A stretch of 64,000 bases of DNA, taken from NCBI GenBank assembly GCA_963829525.1, contig CAWHIJ010000003.1, forward strand, positions 160,001-224,000. Reading direction: 5' to 3'. The notes beneath the pieces were generated by a model. The model had not been told where the DNA came from, made no database searches, and saw only the letters and a program-made list of their open reading frames with translations. This stretch comes from an uncultured Actinomycetota bacterium (GTDB lineage: Bacteria; Actinomycetota; Actinomycetes; JAHEKZ01). Positions within the stretch are counted from its first letter, which is position 1; the number at the start of each line of letters is the position of its first letter. This document shows, piece after piece, positions 1-9,125 of the stretch. Made by a program: the position numbers and the translations under genes.

Positions 1-66
1 CAGGAGCACGTTCTCCAGGATGCGCTTGCACGCCTGGCGGCAGCCGACCTGTCGCCCACAAGCTGA
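1..66 (+). CDS. 3' end of a gene truncated by the window edge (QEHVLQDALARLAAADLSPTS*)
   Basis: Open frame from base 1 to TGA at 64-66, converging on the MFS gene; too short to assign. Confidence 0.3.
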   Translation, partial: QEHVLQDALARLAAADLSPTS

Positions 67-84
67 GGAGGAGCGTGAGCGCCG

Positions 85-1323
85 TCACTCGATGTCCCGT
101 TCGGCGTCGTCGATCCTGGCATCTGTCAGCACGCGCATCACGCCCAGCGTGCTGAGTGAGATGAGGGCGGCGAGCGCGAAGGTCACTCTGATTCCCCACC
201 AGTTCGCCACCACTCCACCGAACAGGGAGCCGAGCGGCATCGTCCCCCAGGCCAAAAGGCGGTAGGCGCTGTTCACCCGTCCGAGCAACCGATCGGGCGT
301 CACCCGCTGGCGCAGCGACACCATGACCACGTTGCCCAACACCACCGTGATTCCGGACGCCGCCAGGACGCCACCGATCACCCAAGGGTTAGCGGTCAGT
401 GCAGGTACGCCGATGGCCAACGAGGTCACGACGATCATCAGGACCAAGGTCCGGGAACGACCCAGCTTCGTCTCGACCCGCTCAGCGATGAACGTCCCGA
501 GGAAGGCACCAACGGCGGTTGCCGTGAGCAGGACGCCGTACTGCGGCTCGGAGAGACCCATGGGCGAGTTGACCCCGACGGCGTAAAGCACGAACACGGC
601 GAAAGCGGCGCTGAAGGCGAAGTTGCCGAGCCCGGTCAGCAACGCCATCGCGCGTAGCACGCGATGTCCCCGGAGGAAGCGCAACCCTTCGGCAACGTCG
701 GCGCGAATCGTCGTCGATCCGTCGTGTCCGGTTCGGAAGGAGCCACGCAGGAGCAGCAAGATCCCCGCTGCCACGAACCACACCCCCGCAGATCCCGCCA
801 TGACCAGAGCGGCCCCCAAGGTCACCAGAAAGCCGCCCAGCGGTGGGCCGACGAACTCGTTCGCTGTCAGCTCGGCTGCATAGAGGCGCCCGTTGGCTCG
901 CGAGAGCAGCCGCCGGTCCACCACCTGCGGAAGAATCGACTGCGCCGAGGTGTCATAGAGGGTCTCGGCCATGCCGATGCTGAAGGCCACGACGTAAAGC
1001 ACCACGATGGTCGCGACATCCATCGTGATGGCGATGGCCAGGAGTGCAAGCAGTGTCGCTCGCACGGCGTTTGCCGACAACATCACAATGCGGCGGTCCT
1101 GACGGTCGGAGACGGCGCCGGCATAGAGCGAGAAGACGAGCCATGGCAACCCACCTGCCACAGCAAGTCCGGCGATCAATGTCGGGTCGCGGGTGTACTG
1201 GATCGCGATCAACGGCAGTGCGACCTTGAAGACTCCGTCGGCAAGGTTCGACAGACCCGCAGATGACCAGAGCCGCCAGTAGTTGCTGCCAAGGGACTCA
1301 GGCATCGGCTCGTCAGCAGTCAC
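85..1323 (-). CDS. MFS transporter (macrolide-efflux/DHA3-like)
   Basis: About 12 hydrophobic segments, motif-A-like GAVSDRQDRR, C-terminal PDRLLGRVNS. Confidence 0.9.
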   Translation of the reverse strand: MTADEPMPESLGSNYWRLWSSAGLSNLADGVFKVALPLIAIQYTRDPTLIAGLAVAGGLPWLVFSLYAGAVSDRQDRRIVMLSANAVRATLLALLAIAITMDVATIVVLYVVAFSIGMAETLYDTSAQSILPQVVDRRLLSRANGRLYAAELTANEFVGPPLGGFLVTLGAALVMAGSAGVWFVAAGILLLLRGSFRTGHDGSTTIRADVAEGLRFLRGHRVLRAMALLTGLGNFAFSAAFAVFVLYAVGVNSPMGLSEPQYGVLLTATAVGAFLGTFIAERVETKLGRSRTLVLMIVVTSLAIGVPALTANPWVIGGVLAASGITVVLGNVVMVSLRQRVTPDRLLGRVNSAYRLLAWGTMPLGSLFGGVVANWWGIRVTFALAALISLSTLGVMRVLTDARIDDAERDIE

Positions 1324-1373
1324 GCGTCAGGCGTCCACACGCTCGACGTCCAGAAGTGACGCCGGATTGGGGG

Positions 1374-2978
1374 TTAGAACCACTTGGCGTAAAGCAGTTC
1401 CTCTGGAGTGACCACGCGGCCTTCAGGCGGGATACCGTGGAACTGCTCACCGATCGCCTTGGCCCACTTCGACCCGCGCGCCAACAGCTCACGGCTGTCG
1501 GTCTGCATCCGATCGCGGGTGACGAGGATGCCGAGATCGGCGCCGGGATAGCGGTACTCCCCCTCGCCGTAGACCTGCATGTAGTAGGCCTCGGCATCGT
1601 CGCTGACGTTGTGCCAGTCGGTCTCCTCGTGCACATAGGCGATCTTGCCGTCGTCACCCATCCGCCACAGCCCGCTGCGCGGGGCAGCTGTGATGAGCTC
1701 CACGTCATCGGTCACCTGCTTGAGTACGAGCTGGGTCCATCGGTCGAAGTCGCGCCAACGCTGCTGCACCGCGTCGATGTCGATCTCCCAGTCGACATCG
1801 GAGAACTCGAGCATATGGAAGAGAAACAGCGGGATGCCGCCGTACCTTGACGTGATCAGGTTGGTGAGCGGAGACGCGCCGGAGATGCGTGGGTTGATCT
1901 CACCCAGGTAGACATTTCCGTCATCATCGTCGACGAGAAAGTCGAGACAGAAGACACCCTTGTAGCCGACCTCGTAGAGCCGTTCGCCAAGCTTGCGTGC
2001 CATTCGACCTATCTGCTTGCGGACGTCCTCGGTGAACACACCGGGGAAGACATCGTTGCCGCACCAGCCACCGCGGTAGGGCGTGAGCTCGGGGAAGCCG
2101 GTGATGTCGGTTTGGATCGGTCCCACCAGCGTCCCGTGCCGTGTCGCGCAGGCCTCTACCGTGCCGGGGAAGTGATTGATCCGCTTCATCACCTTGAGCT
2201 CAGTGTCGGTGAGCACATCTTCGTTCTCGAGAAAGTCATCCTCGTTGGAAATGAAGAACGTGGTGCGCCCGGAGTCTCCGTAAGGCGTCTGCACGACGAG
2301 GTCGTCTCCCAAGTCGGCACTCTTGGCAAGTTTGCGCAGTTTCTTGTAGGTATTGGCCTTACCCATGACGTTGGGGACGCTGGCCACCCCGGCCTCGTTT
2401 CCGAGCTGAGTGGTGACGATTTTGGAGTCAATCTGCTCGCGCAGCTCACGGGGAGGAAGTGCGATCTCCAACCCCAGTTGATGCGCAAAGCTCTCGGTTT
2501 CTTCATCGAACATGACAAACAGCGCTTTGCCCGGTCCGTTCTTCTTGATGAAGTCAATGACCTCCTTGTTTCCGAGCAGGTATGAGTTCACCGACTCAAA
2601 CGACTCGAAGTCACGTGGACCGGCGTGCGCCGGGGAGAAGGACCTCGAATGTGAGCCGTGGAAGCTGTCGAAGTAGGTGATGTACCGGAAGGATCCGATC
2701 CACTCATCGATCCCCAGCAGGTTGTAGGCAGTCGGTGAGATGAAGTAGACCGGCGACGTGTTCTCACGGAAGTACTGGTAGATGTCGGAGAGGCTGCGCA
2801 ACACGGGGCCCTCAGGTTTGCGACGCGCCCGCGTTGCCTTGGCCTTTTGTGTCTTGGTCGGCTTCTTGGCCGATCCGGTACCAACGTTGCTCATGGTCTT
2901 ATCCAGTCGCCGTGGAGGGCGGCCAGCGCGCTTGTGCTTCTTGCGCTTGCCCTTCTTTTCCTTCTTCTTCTTCGCCAT
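1374..2978 (-). CDS. ATP-grasp carboxylate-amine ligase (actinobacterial biotin-carboxylase-like family) with Lys/Arg-rich N-terminal tail
   Basis: DSKIVTT, VVQTPYGDSGRTTFF, FCLDFL, YLGEINPRISG ATP-grasp motifs. Confidence 0.8.
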   Translation of the reverse strand: MAKKKKEKKGKRKKHKRAGRPPRRLDKTMSNVGTGSAKKPTKTQKAKATRARRKPEGPVLRSLSDIYQYFRENTSPVYFISPTAYNLLGIDEWIGSFRYITYFDSFHGSHSRSFSPAHAGPRDFESFESVNSYLLGNKEVIDFIKKNGPGKALFVMFDEETESFAHQLGLEIALPPRELREQIDSKIVTTQLGNEAGVASVPNVMGKANTYKKLRKLAKSADLGDDLVVQTPYGDSGRTTFFISNEDDFLENEDVLTDTELKVMKRINHFPGTVEACATRHGTLVGPIQTDITGFPELTPYRGGWCGNDVFPGVFTEDVRKQIGRMARKLGERLYEVGYKGVFCLDFLVDDDDGNVYLGEINPRISGASPLTNLITSRYGGIPLFLFHMLEFSDVDWEIDIDAVQQRWRDFDRWTQLVLKQVTDDVELITAAPRSGLWRMGDDGKIAYVHEETDWHNVSDDAEAYYMQVYGEGEYRYPGADLGILVTRDRMQTDSRELLARGSKWAKAIGEQFHGIPPEGRVVTPEELLYAKWF

Positions 2979-3021
2979 CCTGCCGGGACCCTATCCCTGT
3001 TCTGAACCCCGTGACAGGAGT

Positions 3022-4101
3022 TCACGCGATCAATACTGGAGGGTGATCTGGGACGTGATCCCCCGCCGGTTCGTACACCGGCGGCGGAACAGCCACCAGC
3101 GACCGACGGTGGCGCGAATCCTCCTCGAAGTTCTGCAGTGACAGCGTCCATCGATCGTCCGGCCAGCTGAGCTCGAGCATCCTGTGGTCGACGTCGTAGG
3201 CGGCCGTATAGACCGTCCCCCATGTGCTGGTCGCCGTCGAGCGATGAATCGGGGCAGTCAGGAACTGGTTGACGAGGTCTGGCACTCCGAGCACGGGGTT
3301 GGCCACTGCCTCTGCCATCGCCTGTTCGCGAGGAACAGTCGCACAGAACTCGGCATGCTCTGGCCACATGGTCGGACCCTGGCGGTTGGCTGCCGTGATC
3401 ACCCCGCTGACGATCGGCTCGCGGTCGGGGGCGACGTAGACAATTGCGCCGCGACCTGACGCATCCACCAAGGCGATGTTGTACGTCAGCTGGATCGGGA
3501 TCCGGTGCAGCATCGCCACGGCCTCATCGACGTTGGTGGCGAACTCGAGTAGGTAGCGGACCACCAGTCCGATGCCGAAACCGTCGCCGACGACGGGCCG
3601 GCCGCCGAACGCGATCGCCACCGAGAGGCCGTGTGCGTTGACGCCGTCCAGCGCACCCCAAAGGCAGTCGGTCATGGCCATGACGGGGGTCCCATGCCAG
3701 GACGAGGCCAGCACCGTGTTGTCGCACAGCAAGGGCGGGTAGTCGTAGTTGCGCAGCAGCACGTTGCGCTCGCGGTTATAGGTCAGCAGCGAGCAAGCAG
3801 CGAAGAGGGGCGGCGGCCGCCAATGGCTCAAGAACCTGGCCTCCAGGTCGCCGCCGCCAACCGCCTCCACCAGCCGGTCGTAGGTAGGGGCGAGCTCGGG
3901 CATGTAGGTGCGCAGCATCTGGGCGCACTCGGCGTAGCGCGGACGCGCGGCCTCACCCTGGTTCAGGTACCACCGTCGGTAGGCCGGCCACGCGGCCGAG
4001 AAGAACTCGAGCAGCCGTCCGTCCAGGGCGTCCCCGGCGTCGATCGACCGGAAGGTCGTGTCGAGCTCGACGACCTCCGGCGAGACGTGCGGGTGATGCA
4101 T
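3022..4101 (-). CDS. C45 family Ntn hydrolase/acyltransferase, copy 1
   Basis: AA|CS nucleophile (Cys103 from ATG 4101), RNYDY, LDGVNAHGL; start trimmed from the ORF track because the upstream part is antisense to the amidase. Confidence 0.85.
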   Translation of the reverse strand: MHHPHVSPEVVELDTTFRSIDAGDALDGRLLEFFSAAWPAYRRWYLNQGEAARPRYAECAQMLRTYMPELAPTYDRLVEAVGGGDLEARFLSHWRPPPLFAACSLLTYNRERNVLLRNYDYPPLLCDNTVLASSWHGTPVMAMTDCLWGALDGVNAHGLSVAIAFGGRPVVGDGFGIGLVVRYLLEFATNVDEAVAMLHRIPIQLTYNIALVDASGRGAIVYVAPDREPIVSGVITAANRQGPTMWPEHAEFCATVPREQAMAEAVANPVLGVPDLVNQFLTAPIHRSTATSTWGTVYTAAYDVDHRMLELSWPDDRWTLSLQNFEEDSRHRRSLVAVPPPVYEPAGDHVPDHPPVLIA

Positions 4102-4309
4102 TCGAGCCCACCTAGAGACGGAGCAGCAGAACGTACGCCCGAGTATGAGTGATCCGGAGGGAAAATCGACAGCAAACGACACCAAATTGAGCCGAAGTCG
4201 CGACATTCCCGCAGGCAACCCCAGGATCAGCAAATGCCGCGAAACGCCCACGGGTGGCTGTGCGGGGCCACTCCGGGTCACTCGGACGCCCCCGACTAGC
4301 ATCCCCCGG

Positions 4310-5746
4310 GTGGAGTTGCATGAGTACGCCCAATACGACGCCCTGGGGTTGGCTGAACTCGTCGCCGACGGCCAGGTCAGCCCGCGTGAGCTCGCAGCCT
4401 GCGCCGTAGCCGCCGTCGAGCGGGTCGACGGCACCCTGGGGGCGGTGGTCGAGACATACGCTGACCGGGCCGAATCCATCGGCGACGAAATCCCCGCCGA
4501 GCCCTTCTTCGGTGTCCCCACCATGGTCAAGGACCTCTTCCACGGCGAGGCCGGCAAACACTGCGGCAATGGCAGCCGCCTCAGCGAGGACTGGGTGGTC
4601 TCTCTCGACACCGCCTTCTACGACCGGATCCGACGCAGCGGCCTGATCAACGTGGGACGCACCACAACGTCGGAGTTCGGGATCATGGGTACCACCGAGA
4701 CTCTCGCTGCTGGGCTGACCTGCACCCCGTGGAGCTCAAACCACTCAGCTGGCGGCTCCAGCGGCGGGGCGGCAGCCGTCGTCGGCGCTGGGATCGTGCC
4801 GGTGGCCTCAGCCAGCGACGGAGGCGGCTCCATCCGCATCCCCGCGGCCTCCTGCGGAGTCGTGGGGCTGAAGACCTCGCGCGGAAGAGTTACCTGGGGA
4901 CCGCAGATCGCCGAGGCGCTCGCCGGATGGGCGGTGCACTTCATGGTGAGCCGCTCGGTCCGCGACACCGCAGCGATGCTGGACGCCTTGGGTGGCCCCG
5001 CGTATGGCGACCCCTTCGTCATACCTGGTCCAACGCGCCCCTTCCTAGAAGAGGTGGGGAGCTCGGTCGAACCGCTGCGGATCGCCTACTGGAGCACGCC
5101 TTGGTCGGGGCAGGACCCCGACCCCGAAGTTGCTGCTGCCACCGAGTCGACGGCGCAGTTGCTTGAGTCGCTCGGGCACCACGTCGAGCTGGCCACACCC
5201 CAGTTCGACTGGGAACCGTTCCTGATCGCGATGACTGACGTTTGGGCGGCCGACAACGCGCACACCGTCGATGGGCTTGCCGCCTTCCTGGGAAAGACCG
5301 TCAACGCAGACACGCTCGAAGGTTCGACGCTCGCGGCAGTCGAGTACGGGCGCACCATTTCGGCCGGGCGCCTGCTCGATGCCATGGGCCAGGCGAACCA
5401 CCTCGCACGCATCATGGGCTGGTTCTTCGCGTCCTACGACGTCCTCCTGACCCCAACCCTCGGACGCCTACCTGCGCCGCTGAAGATGTACGACCCTTCC
5501 GAGCCCGTGGAGCTGCGGCGAATGTTCGAGACCTGGTCACCGTGGGAGTCGTTCCTACCGGTGTTCAACGCGACCGGCCAGCCGGCCATCAGCCTGCCGC
5601 TGCACATGAGCGACACCGGACTCCCGATCGGCATGCAGCTCGTCGGCGGATTCGGCCAGGAGTCGTTGCTGCTGCGTCTGTCGGCACAGCTGGAAGAGGC
5701 GCTGCCATGGGCCGGACGGATCCCACCGATCCACGTCAGCCGCTGA
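4310..5746 (+). CDS. Amidase signature family protein
   Basis: VKDL, GGSSGG, SDGGGSIRIPAASCG, PAISLP; GTG start at 4310 inferred. Confidence 0.92.
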   Translation: MELHEYAQYDALGLAELVADGQVSPRELAACAVAAVERVDGTLGAVVETYADRAESIGDEIPAEPFFGVPTMVKDLFHGEAGKHCGNGSRLSEDWVVSLDTAFYDRIRRSGLINVGRTTTSEFGIMGTTETLAAGLTCTPWSSNHSAGGSSGGAAAVVGAGIVPVASASDGGGSIRIPAASCGVVGLKTSRGRVTWGPQIAEALAGWAVHFMVSRSVRDTAAMLDALGGPAYGDPFVIPGPTRPFLEEVGSSVEPLRIAYWSTPWSGQDPDPEVAAATESTAQLLESLGHHVELATPQFDWEPFLIAMTDVWAADNAHTVDGLAAFLGKTVNADTLEGSTLAAVEYGRTISAGRLLDAMGQANHLARIMGWFFASYDVLLTPTLGRLPAPLKMYDPSEPVELRRMFETWSPWESFLPVFNATGQPAISLPLHMSDTGLPIGMQLVGGFGQESLLLRLSAQLEEALPWAGRIPPIHVSR

Positions 5747-5761
5747 CCCCCACCTCATCGT

Positions 5762-6016
5762 TCAGCCCTGCCGCCACCTTGACCAGGCGGCCTGCTTGGT
5801 CGTCCCGGCCACGTCGGCCACCTGCGACCAAGACCCGCTCTCGGCGAGCGTGCGCGCCGAGAGTCCAAGGCACTGGCCGACCTCTTCGCTGACGCGGAGC
5901 AACTCCTCGAATGCCCTCCGGTCTGACCGCGTGGCCAGCTCTCGGAGTGCAGTCACAATGAGGTCACCGACCTCGTCGACCGTCTGGGTGCTGAAGTGCT
6001 CGCGACCGTGCATCAT
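5762..6016 (-). CDS. Small HTH protein (84 aa), probable transcriptional repressor
   Basis: C-terminal SWSQVADVAGTTKQAAWSRW matches the actinobacterial SWxxIGxxLGVxKQAAxxRF HTH type; helical N-terminal half. Confidence 0.75.
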   Translation of the reverse strand: MMHGREHFSTQTVDEVGDLIVTALRELATRSDRRAFEELLRVSEEVGQCLGLSARTLAESGSWSQVADVAGTTKQAAWSRWRQG

Positions 6017-6038
6017 GTGCCCACTGTCCACTGCGGCG

Positions 6039-6065
6039 TTGTCCTGGACAAGTTGTCCGGGACAA
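6039..6065. repeat. Tandem pair of 13-bp palindromes (TTGTCCnGGACAA x2) that also folds as one hairpin
   Basis: TTGTCCTGGACAA-G-TTGTCCGGGACAA read directly between the C45 stop and the HTH start. Confidence 0.7.
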
Positions 6066-6086
6066 GTGGTGACTCGACAGCGTGGC

Positions 6087-7358
6087 CTATCGAAGCCGCA
6101 CCTGCACCTCGTCGTCCGACGAGTCGAAGGTGCGACGCCAGGTCCTACCAGGCCAGCGGTAGATGACCTCCCCGTCGTTCGGCCGGTAGTCCGCCGTGTA
6201 GAGCGTTCCAAAGCCTCCCTCGAAGTCGGTGCTCCGTAAGGCCGGGGACAGAAAGGTCGCCGCGGCCGTATCCGCGGCGCAACCATCGCGGTCAAGACCG
6301 CGCAGGACGTCTTGGCGCTCCACGCTCCGAAACCGTCGCGCCAGCTCGGGGCGGTCAGGAACCAAGCCTCGATGGTTCGTAGCCAATGGCATGTCGAAGT
6401 ACTCAGGGTCACGACCTGGCGCCACAAACACCGTGGCCGCCACGCCTGTGCGGTCGGTCATGGTGAGGTTGTAGCTGGCAGCCACAGGCACACGGCCAAT
6501 CACCTGACGCGCCTCTTCAACGGTGTCGCACATCTCCAGCAAGTAGCGCACCACAAGTGGGATGCCGAACCCGTCGCCGGTGCCGGGCAGCCCACCAAAC
6601 GTCAACGAGACAGCCAGCCCACTGTCGTTCATCCCGTCCAACAGACCCCACAGGCAGTCGCTGGTTCCGATCACGCGCCGATCACCCCATTGGCTCGACA
6701 GGCTCACCCCTTCGAACAGCATCGGGTCGTAGTCGTAGTTCCGCAGCAGGGCGCGCTCGCTGCCATTCACGACCAGTTGCGAGCACCCGGGCGCGAACGC
6801 CGGCGGGTTCCACAACGAGAGCATCCGGGCGACGTCACTGTCGTCGTCGGTCAACGTGACGAGGTGCTCCCATGTGGGCAACAGCTCCGGCATGTACCGC
6901 CTGATGGCATCCTGAGACTGCGACAACGAGGGACGCCGGTCCCAGCCCTCGGACGCGTACCACGACAGGTAGGACGCCCGCGTCGCCTCGAGCAGGGCAC
7001 TCCATGCCGGTCCAGGACGCTGTTCGTGGAGACCCAACATCGTGAGACTGACCGGGGCCGGCATCGAAACGGGCTCCACCATCGATGCGCGCCGCCAGTC
7101 GACCGCAGTCCCGCAGGTGGCCGAAGCCGGTGTTGCCCGAACCGGACGGGTGGCATAGGACGCGGACGACGAGGACCAGGTGGAGGCGCCCAGGCACCGG
7201 CCTAGATCACCCATCGACCGTCCGAGGTGCTCCAACGTCCGTGCCAGCTGAGCGCCGTCGTGGTCGGCACGTCGACCAAGTTCGTCGCAGGCCAGCGCGA
7301 GATGGTGTGAAAGCTCCGATGTCGTCAGGGATGCGAGTGAGCTATGCGTCATTGTCAT
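6087..7358 (-). CDS. C45 family Ntn hydrolase, copy 2, with an N-terminal extension resembling the neighbouring HTH protein
   Basis: PG|CSQ nucleophile (codon 6783-6785), RNYDY, DCLWGLLDGMN; ATG at 7358 lies directly under the palindromic operators. Confidence 0.8.
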   Translation of the reverse strand: MTMTHSSLASLTTSELSHHLALACDELGRRADHDGAQLARTLEHLGRSMGDLGRCLGASTWSSSSASYATRPVRATPASATCGTAVDWRRASMVEPVSMPAPVSLTMLGLHEQRPGPAWSALLEATRASYLSWYASEGWDRRPSLSQSQDAIRRYMPELLPTWEHLVTLTDDDSDVARMLSLWNPPAFAPGCSQLVVNGSERALLRNYDYDPMLFEGVSLSSQWGDRRVIGTSDCLWGLLDGMNDSGLAVSLTFGGLPGTGDGFGIPLVVRYLLEMCDTVEEARQVIGRVPVAASYNLTMTDRTGVAATVFVAPGRDPEYFDMPLATNHRGLVPDRPELARRFRSVERQDVLRGLDRDGCAADTAAATFLSPALRSTDFEGGFGTLYTADYRPNDGEVIYRWPGRTWRRTFDSSDDEVQVRLR

Positions 7359-7360
7359 GC

Positions 7361-7407
7361 CGTCAAGTAAACCTTGACGCCGCCCCTTCGTCAAGTTTAC
7401 CTTGACG
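7361..7407. promoter_or_regulatory. Twin 19-bp palindromic operators CGTCAAG-N5-CTTGACG
   Basis: 7361-7379 CGTCAAGTAAACCTTGACG and 7389-7407 CGTCAAGTTTACCTTGACG; the second contains a TAAACT -10-like hexamer on the minus strand. Confidence 0.8.
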
Positions 7408-7438
7408 CCGCAATCCGCCGGCTCAGCACGAACGTAAG

Positions 7439-7464
7439 GTTTCGGGCGGTCCCAAGCCGGGTAC
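7439..7464 (+). promoter_or_regulatory. SigB/SigF-type promoter
   Basis: GTTT-N16-GGGTAC upstream of 7519. Confidence 0.7.
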
Positions 7465-7518
7465 TAGCCGGATGAAGGGACGAGAAGGGCGGCACCGGCA
7501 TGATCGCCGCAGTCGAGG

Positions 7519-7944
7519 ATGGAGACAATGACGCGCATGCAGGAGGAGCTGGACAATGCCCAAAGCCTGTCCGTTCCATGGCTGCTGCCGGAAGGCTCTG
7601 AAAGCGTGACCCTCGCGCGGCATGCTGCGCGTCGCCACCTCACCGCGCTCGGCGTCGCTCCAGAGATCATCGATACCGCCGAGCTGCTCGTAAGTGAACT
7701 CACCGCCAACGTGATCAAGCATGCTGGGGGTCGTCCCACCCTACGAGTGATGCGGCACGATGACGTGATCCGAATCGAAGTGGGCGACTCCCGACCAGAT
7801 CAGTTTCCGGTCGCACGCGACCTTGACACCGAGGCCCCATCCGGACGCGGGCTGCTTCTGGTCACGACTCTCGCCACGTCCTGGGGTTACGAACTCGATG
7901 GCGATGGGAAGTTCACGTGGGCCGAGCTCGAGATGCCTCAATAG
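7519..7944 (+). CDS. RsbW-like HATPase (anti-sigma factor/Ser kinase type)
   Basis: LLVSELTANVIKHA, EVGD, SGRGLLLV, GKFTWAEL. Confidence 0.88.
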   Translation: METMTRMQEELDNAQSLSVPWLLPEGSESVTLARHAARRHLTALGVAPEIIDTAELLVSELTANVIKHAGGRPTLRVMRHDDVIRIEVGDSRPDQFPVARDLDTEAPSGRGLLLVTTLATSWGYELDGDGKFTWAELEMPQ

Positions 7945-7972
7945 CGACGGCACTTGCTGCCTCCACGGCTGG

Positions 7973-8692
7973 TCAGCTCTCCAACGTCATCTGGTCACGA
8001 AGGTGCGCCAAGGTTCGCGTGAGCAGACGTGAGACGTGCATCTGCGAGATGCCGAGCTCGTCGGCGATCTCAGTCTGTGTCATGTTGCGGAAGAAGCGCA
8101 TCTCCAAGAGCCTGCTCTCCCTTTCTGGAAGCATGGCCATCAGCGGCCTAAGAGCGTGGCGGTCCTCTACCCGCTCGAACGACGGGTCGACACTCCCCAC
8201 AACGGCTGCGAGACTCAAGGCGTCTTCGTCAGGGTCGACCAGTGGGTCGATGCTCTGCGTGTTGTAGGCCCGGCCGACCTCCAACCCCTGGAGCACATCG
8301 TCCTCGCTGACCGACAGCCGCTCAGCCAGCTCGGACACCGTCGGTGAGCGGTGCAGCTCGTGGGTGAGGTCGTCTACCGCTTTCGTCAGCGCCATCCGAA
8401 GCTCTTGCAGTTGGCGCGGTACGCGCAGCGCCCAACCCTTGTCCCGGAAGTGTCGCTTGATTTCGCCCAGCACGGTTGGTGTCGCAAAGGTCGCGAACTC
8501 GATCTCACGTGACGCGTCGAACCGGTCTGCGGCCTTCACCAGCGCCAGATAGGCAACCTGCGTGAGGTCCTCCAGCGACTCGCCTCGGCCGATGAAGCGA
8601 CGAGCCAGGTGTTCTGCCAGGCCCATGTGCGACTGGACGAGCAGATCGCGGGCCTGCGTTCGGTCTGACATTGCCGTCATCTCCGTCGGCAC
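7973..8692 (-). CDS. SigB/SigF family RNA polymerase sigma factor
   Basis: DLTQVAYLALVKAADRFD, FATPTVLGEIKRHFRD, TQTEIADELGISQMHVSRL. Confidence 0.95.
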   Translation of the reverse strand: MPTEMTAMSDRTQARDLLVQSHMGLAEHLARRFIGRGESLEDLTQVAYLALVKAADRFDASREIEFATFATPTVLGEIKRHFRDKGWALRVPRQLQELRMALTKAVDDLTHELHRSPTVSELAERLSVSEDDVLQGLEVGRAYNTQSIDPLVDPDEDALSLAAVVGSVDPSFERVEDRHALRPLMAMLPERESRLLEMRFFRNMTQTEIADELGISQMHVSRLLTRTLAHLRDQMTLES

Positions 8693-8702
8693 CTCAGCAC
8701 CT

Positions 8703-9125
8703 TCAGAGCGCGGCGTCGAGGACGGGGCCTCGACTGCGGGTCACAGAGATTACCTGTCCGCGCTCGTCGGTCTCGCTGGAGACCTCGTTGGCGAGGGCCC
8801 GCAGGATGCTCCACGCAAAACCCTCGTCGGGAGCCGTGGATGCCGTCGTGACGGCGGCGGTCAGCCGAAATCGAATCGTGTCGTCGGTCGCCTCGATCTC
8901 GCAGAGCAGTGTCCCCTCGGCGCCGGAAGTCAGAAGGACTGACGCCGCCTCGTCGATCAGGATACGGAGGTCGTCGATGTCGTCGAGCGAGAATTCCAGC
9001 CGGCTCGCGATCACGCCGGCGGCGGCCCGCAGCACGGCGAGATGGTCGGCCTGGGCCGGAACCTCGATCGTCACCATGCCCGGAGCGCCACCTCGCCCGA
9101 TGTCTCGCCCCTGGGTGTCACTCAT
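8703..9125 (-). CDS. Anti-sigma factor (RsbW/UsfX-like)
   Basis: LDDIDDLRILIDEA, FAWSILRALA; lies between the STAS and sigma genes. Confidence 0.85.
   Translation of the reverse strand: MSDTQGRDIGRGGAPGMVTIEVPAQADHLAVLRAAAGVIASRLEFSLDDIDDLRILIDEAASVLLTSGAEGTLLCEIEATDDTIRFRLTAAVTTASTAPDEGFAWSILRALANEVSSETDERGQVISVTRSRGPVLDAAL

Noticed and set aside
4102-4611. Long N-terminal extensions of the C45 copy 1 and amidase ORFs in the track
   Set aside because: They overlap each other head-to-head; family similarity begins at 4101 and 4310
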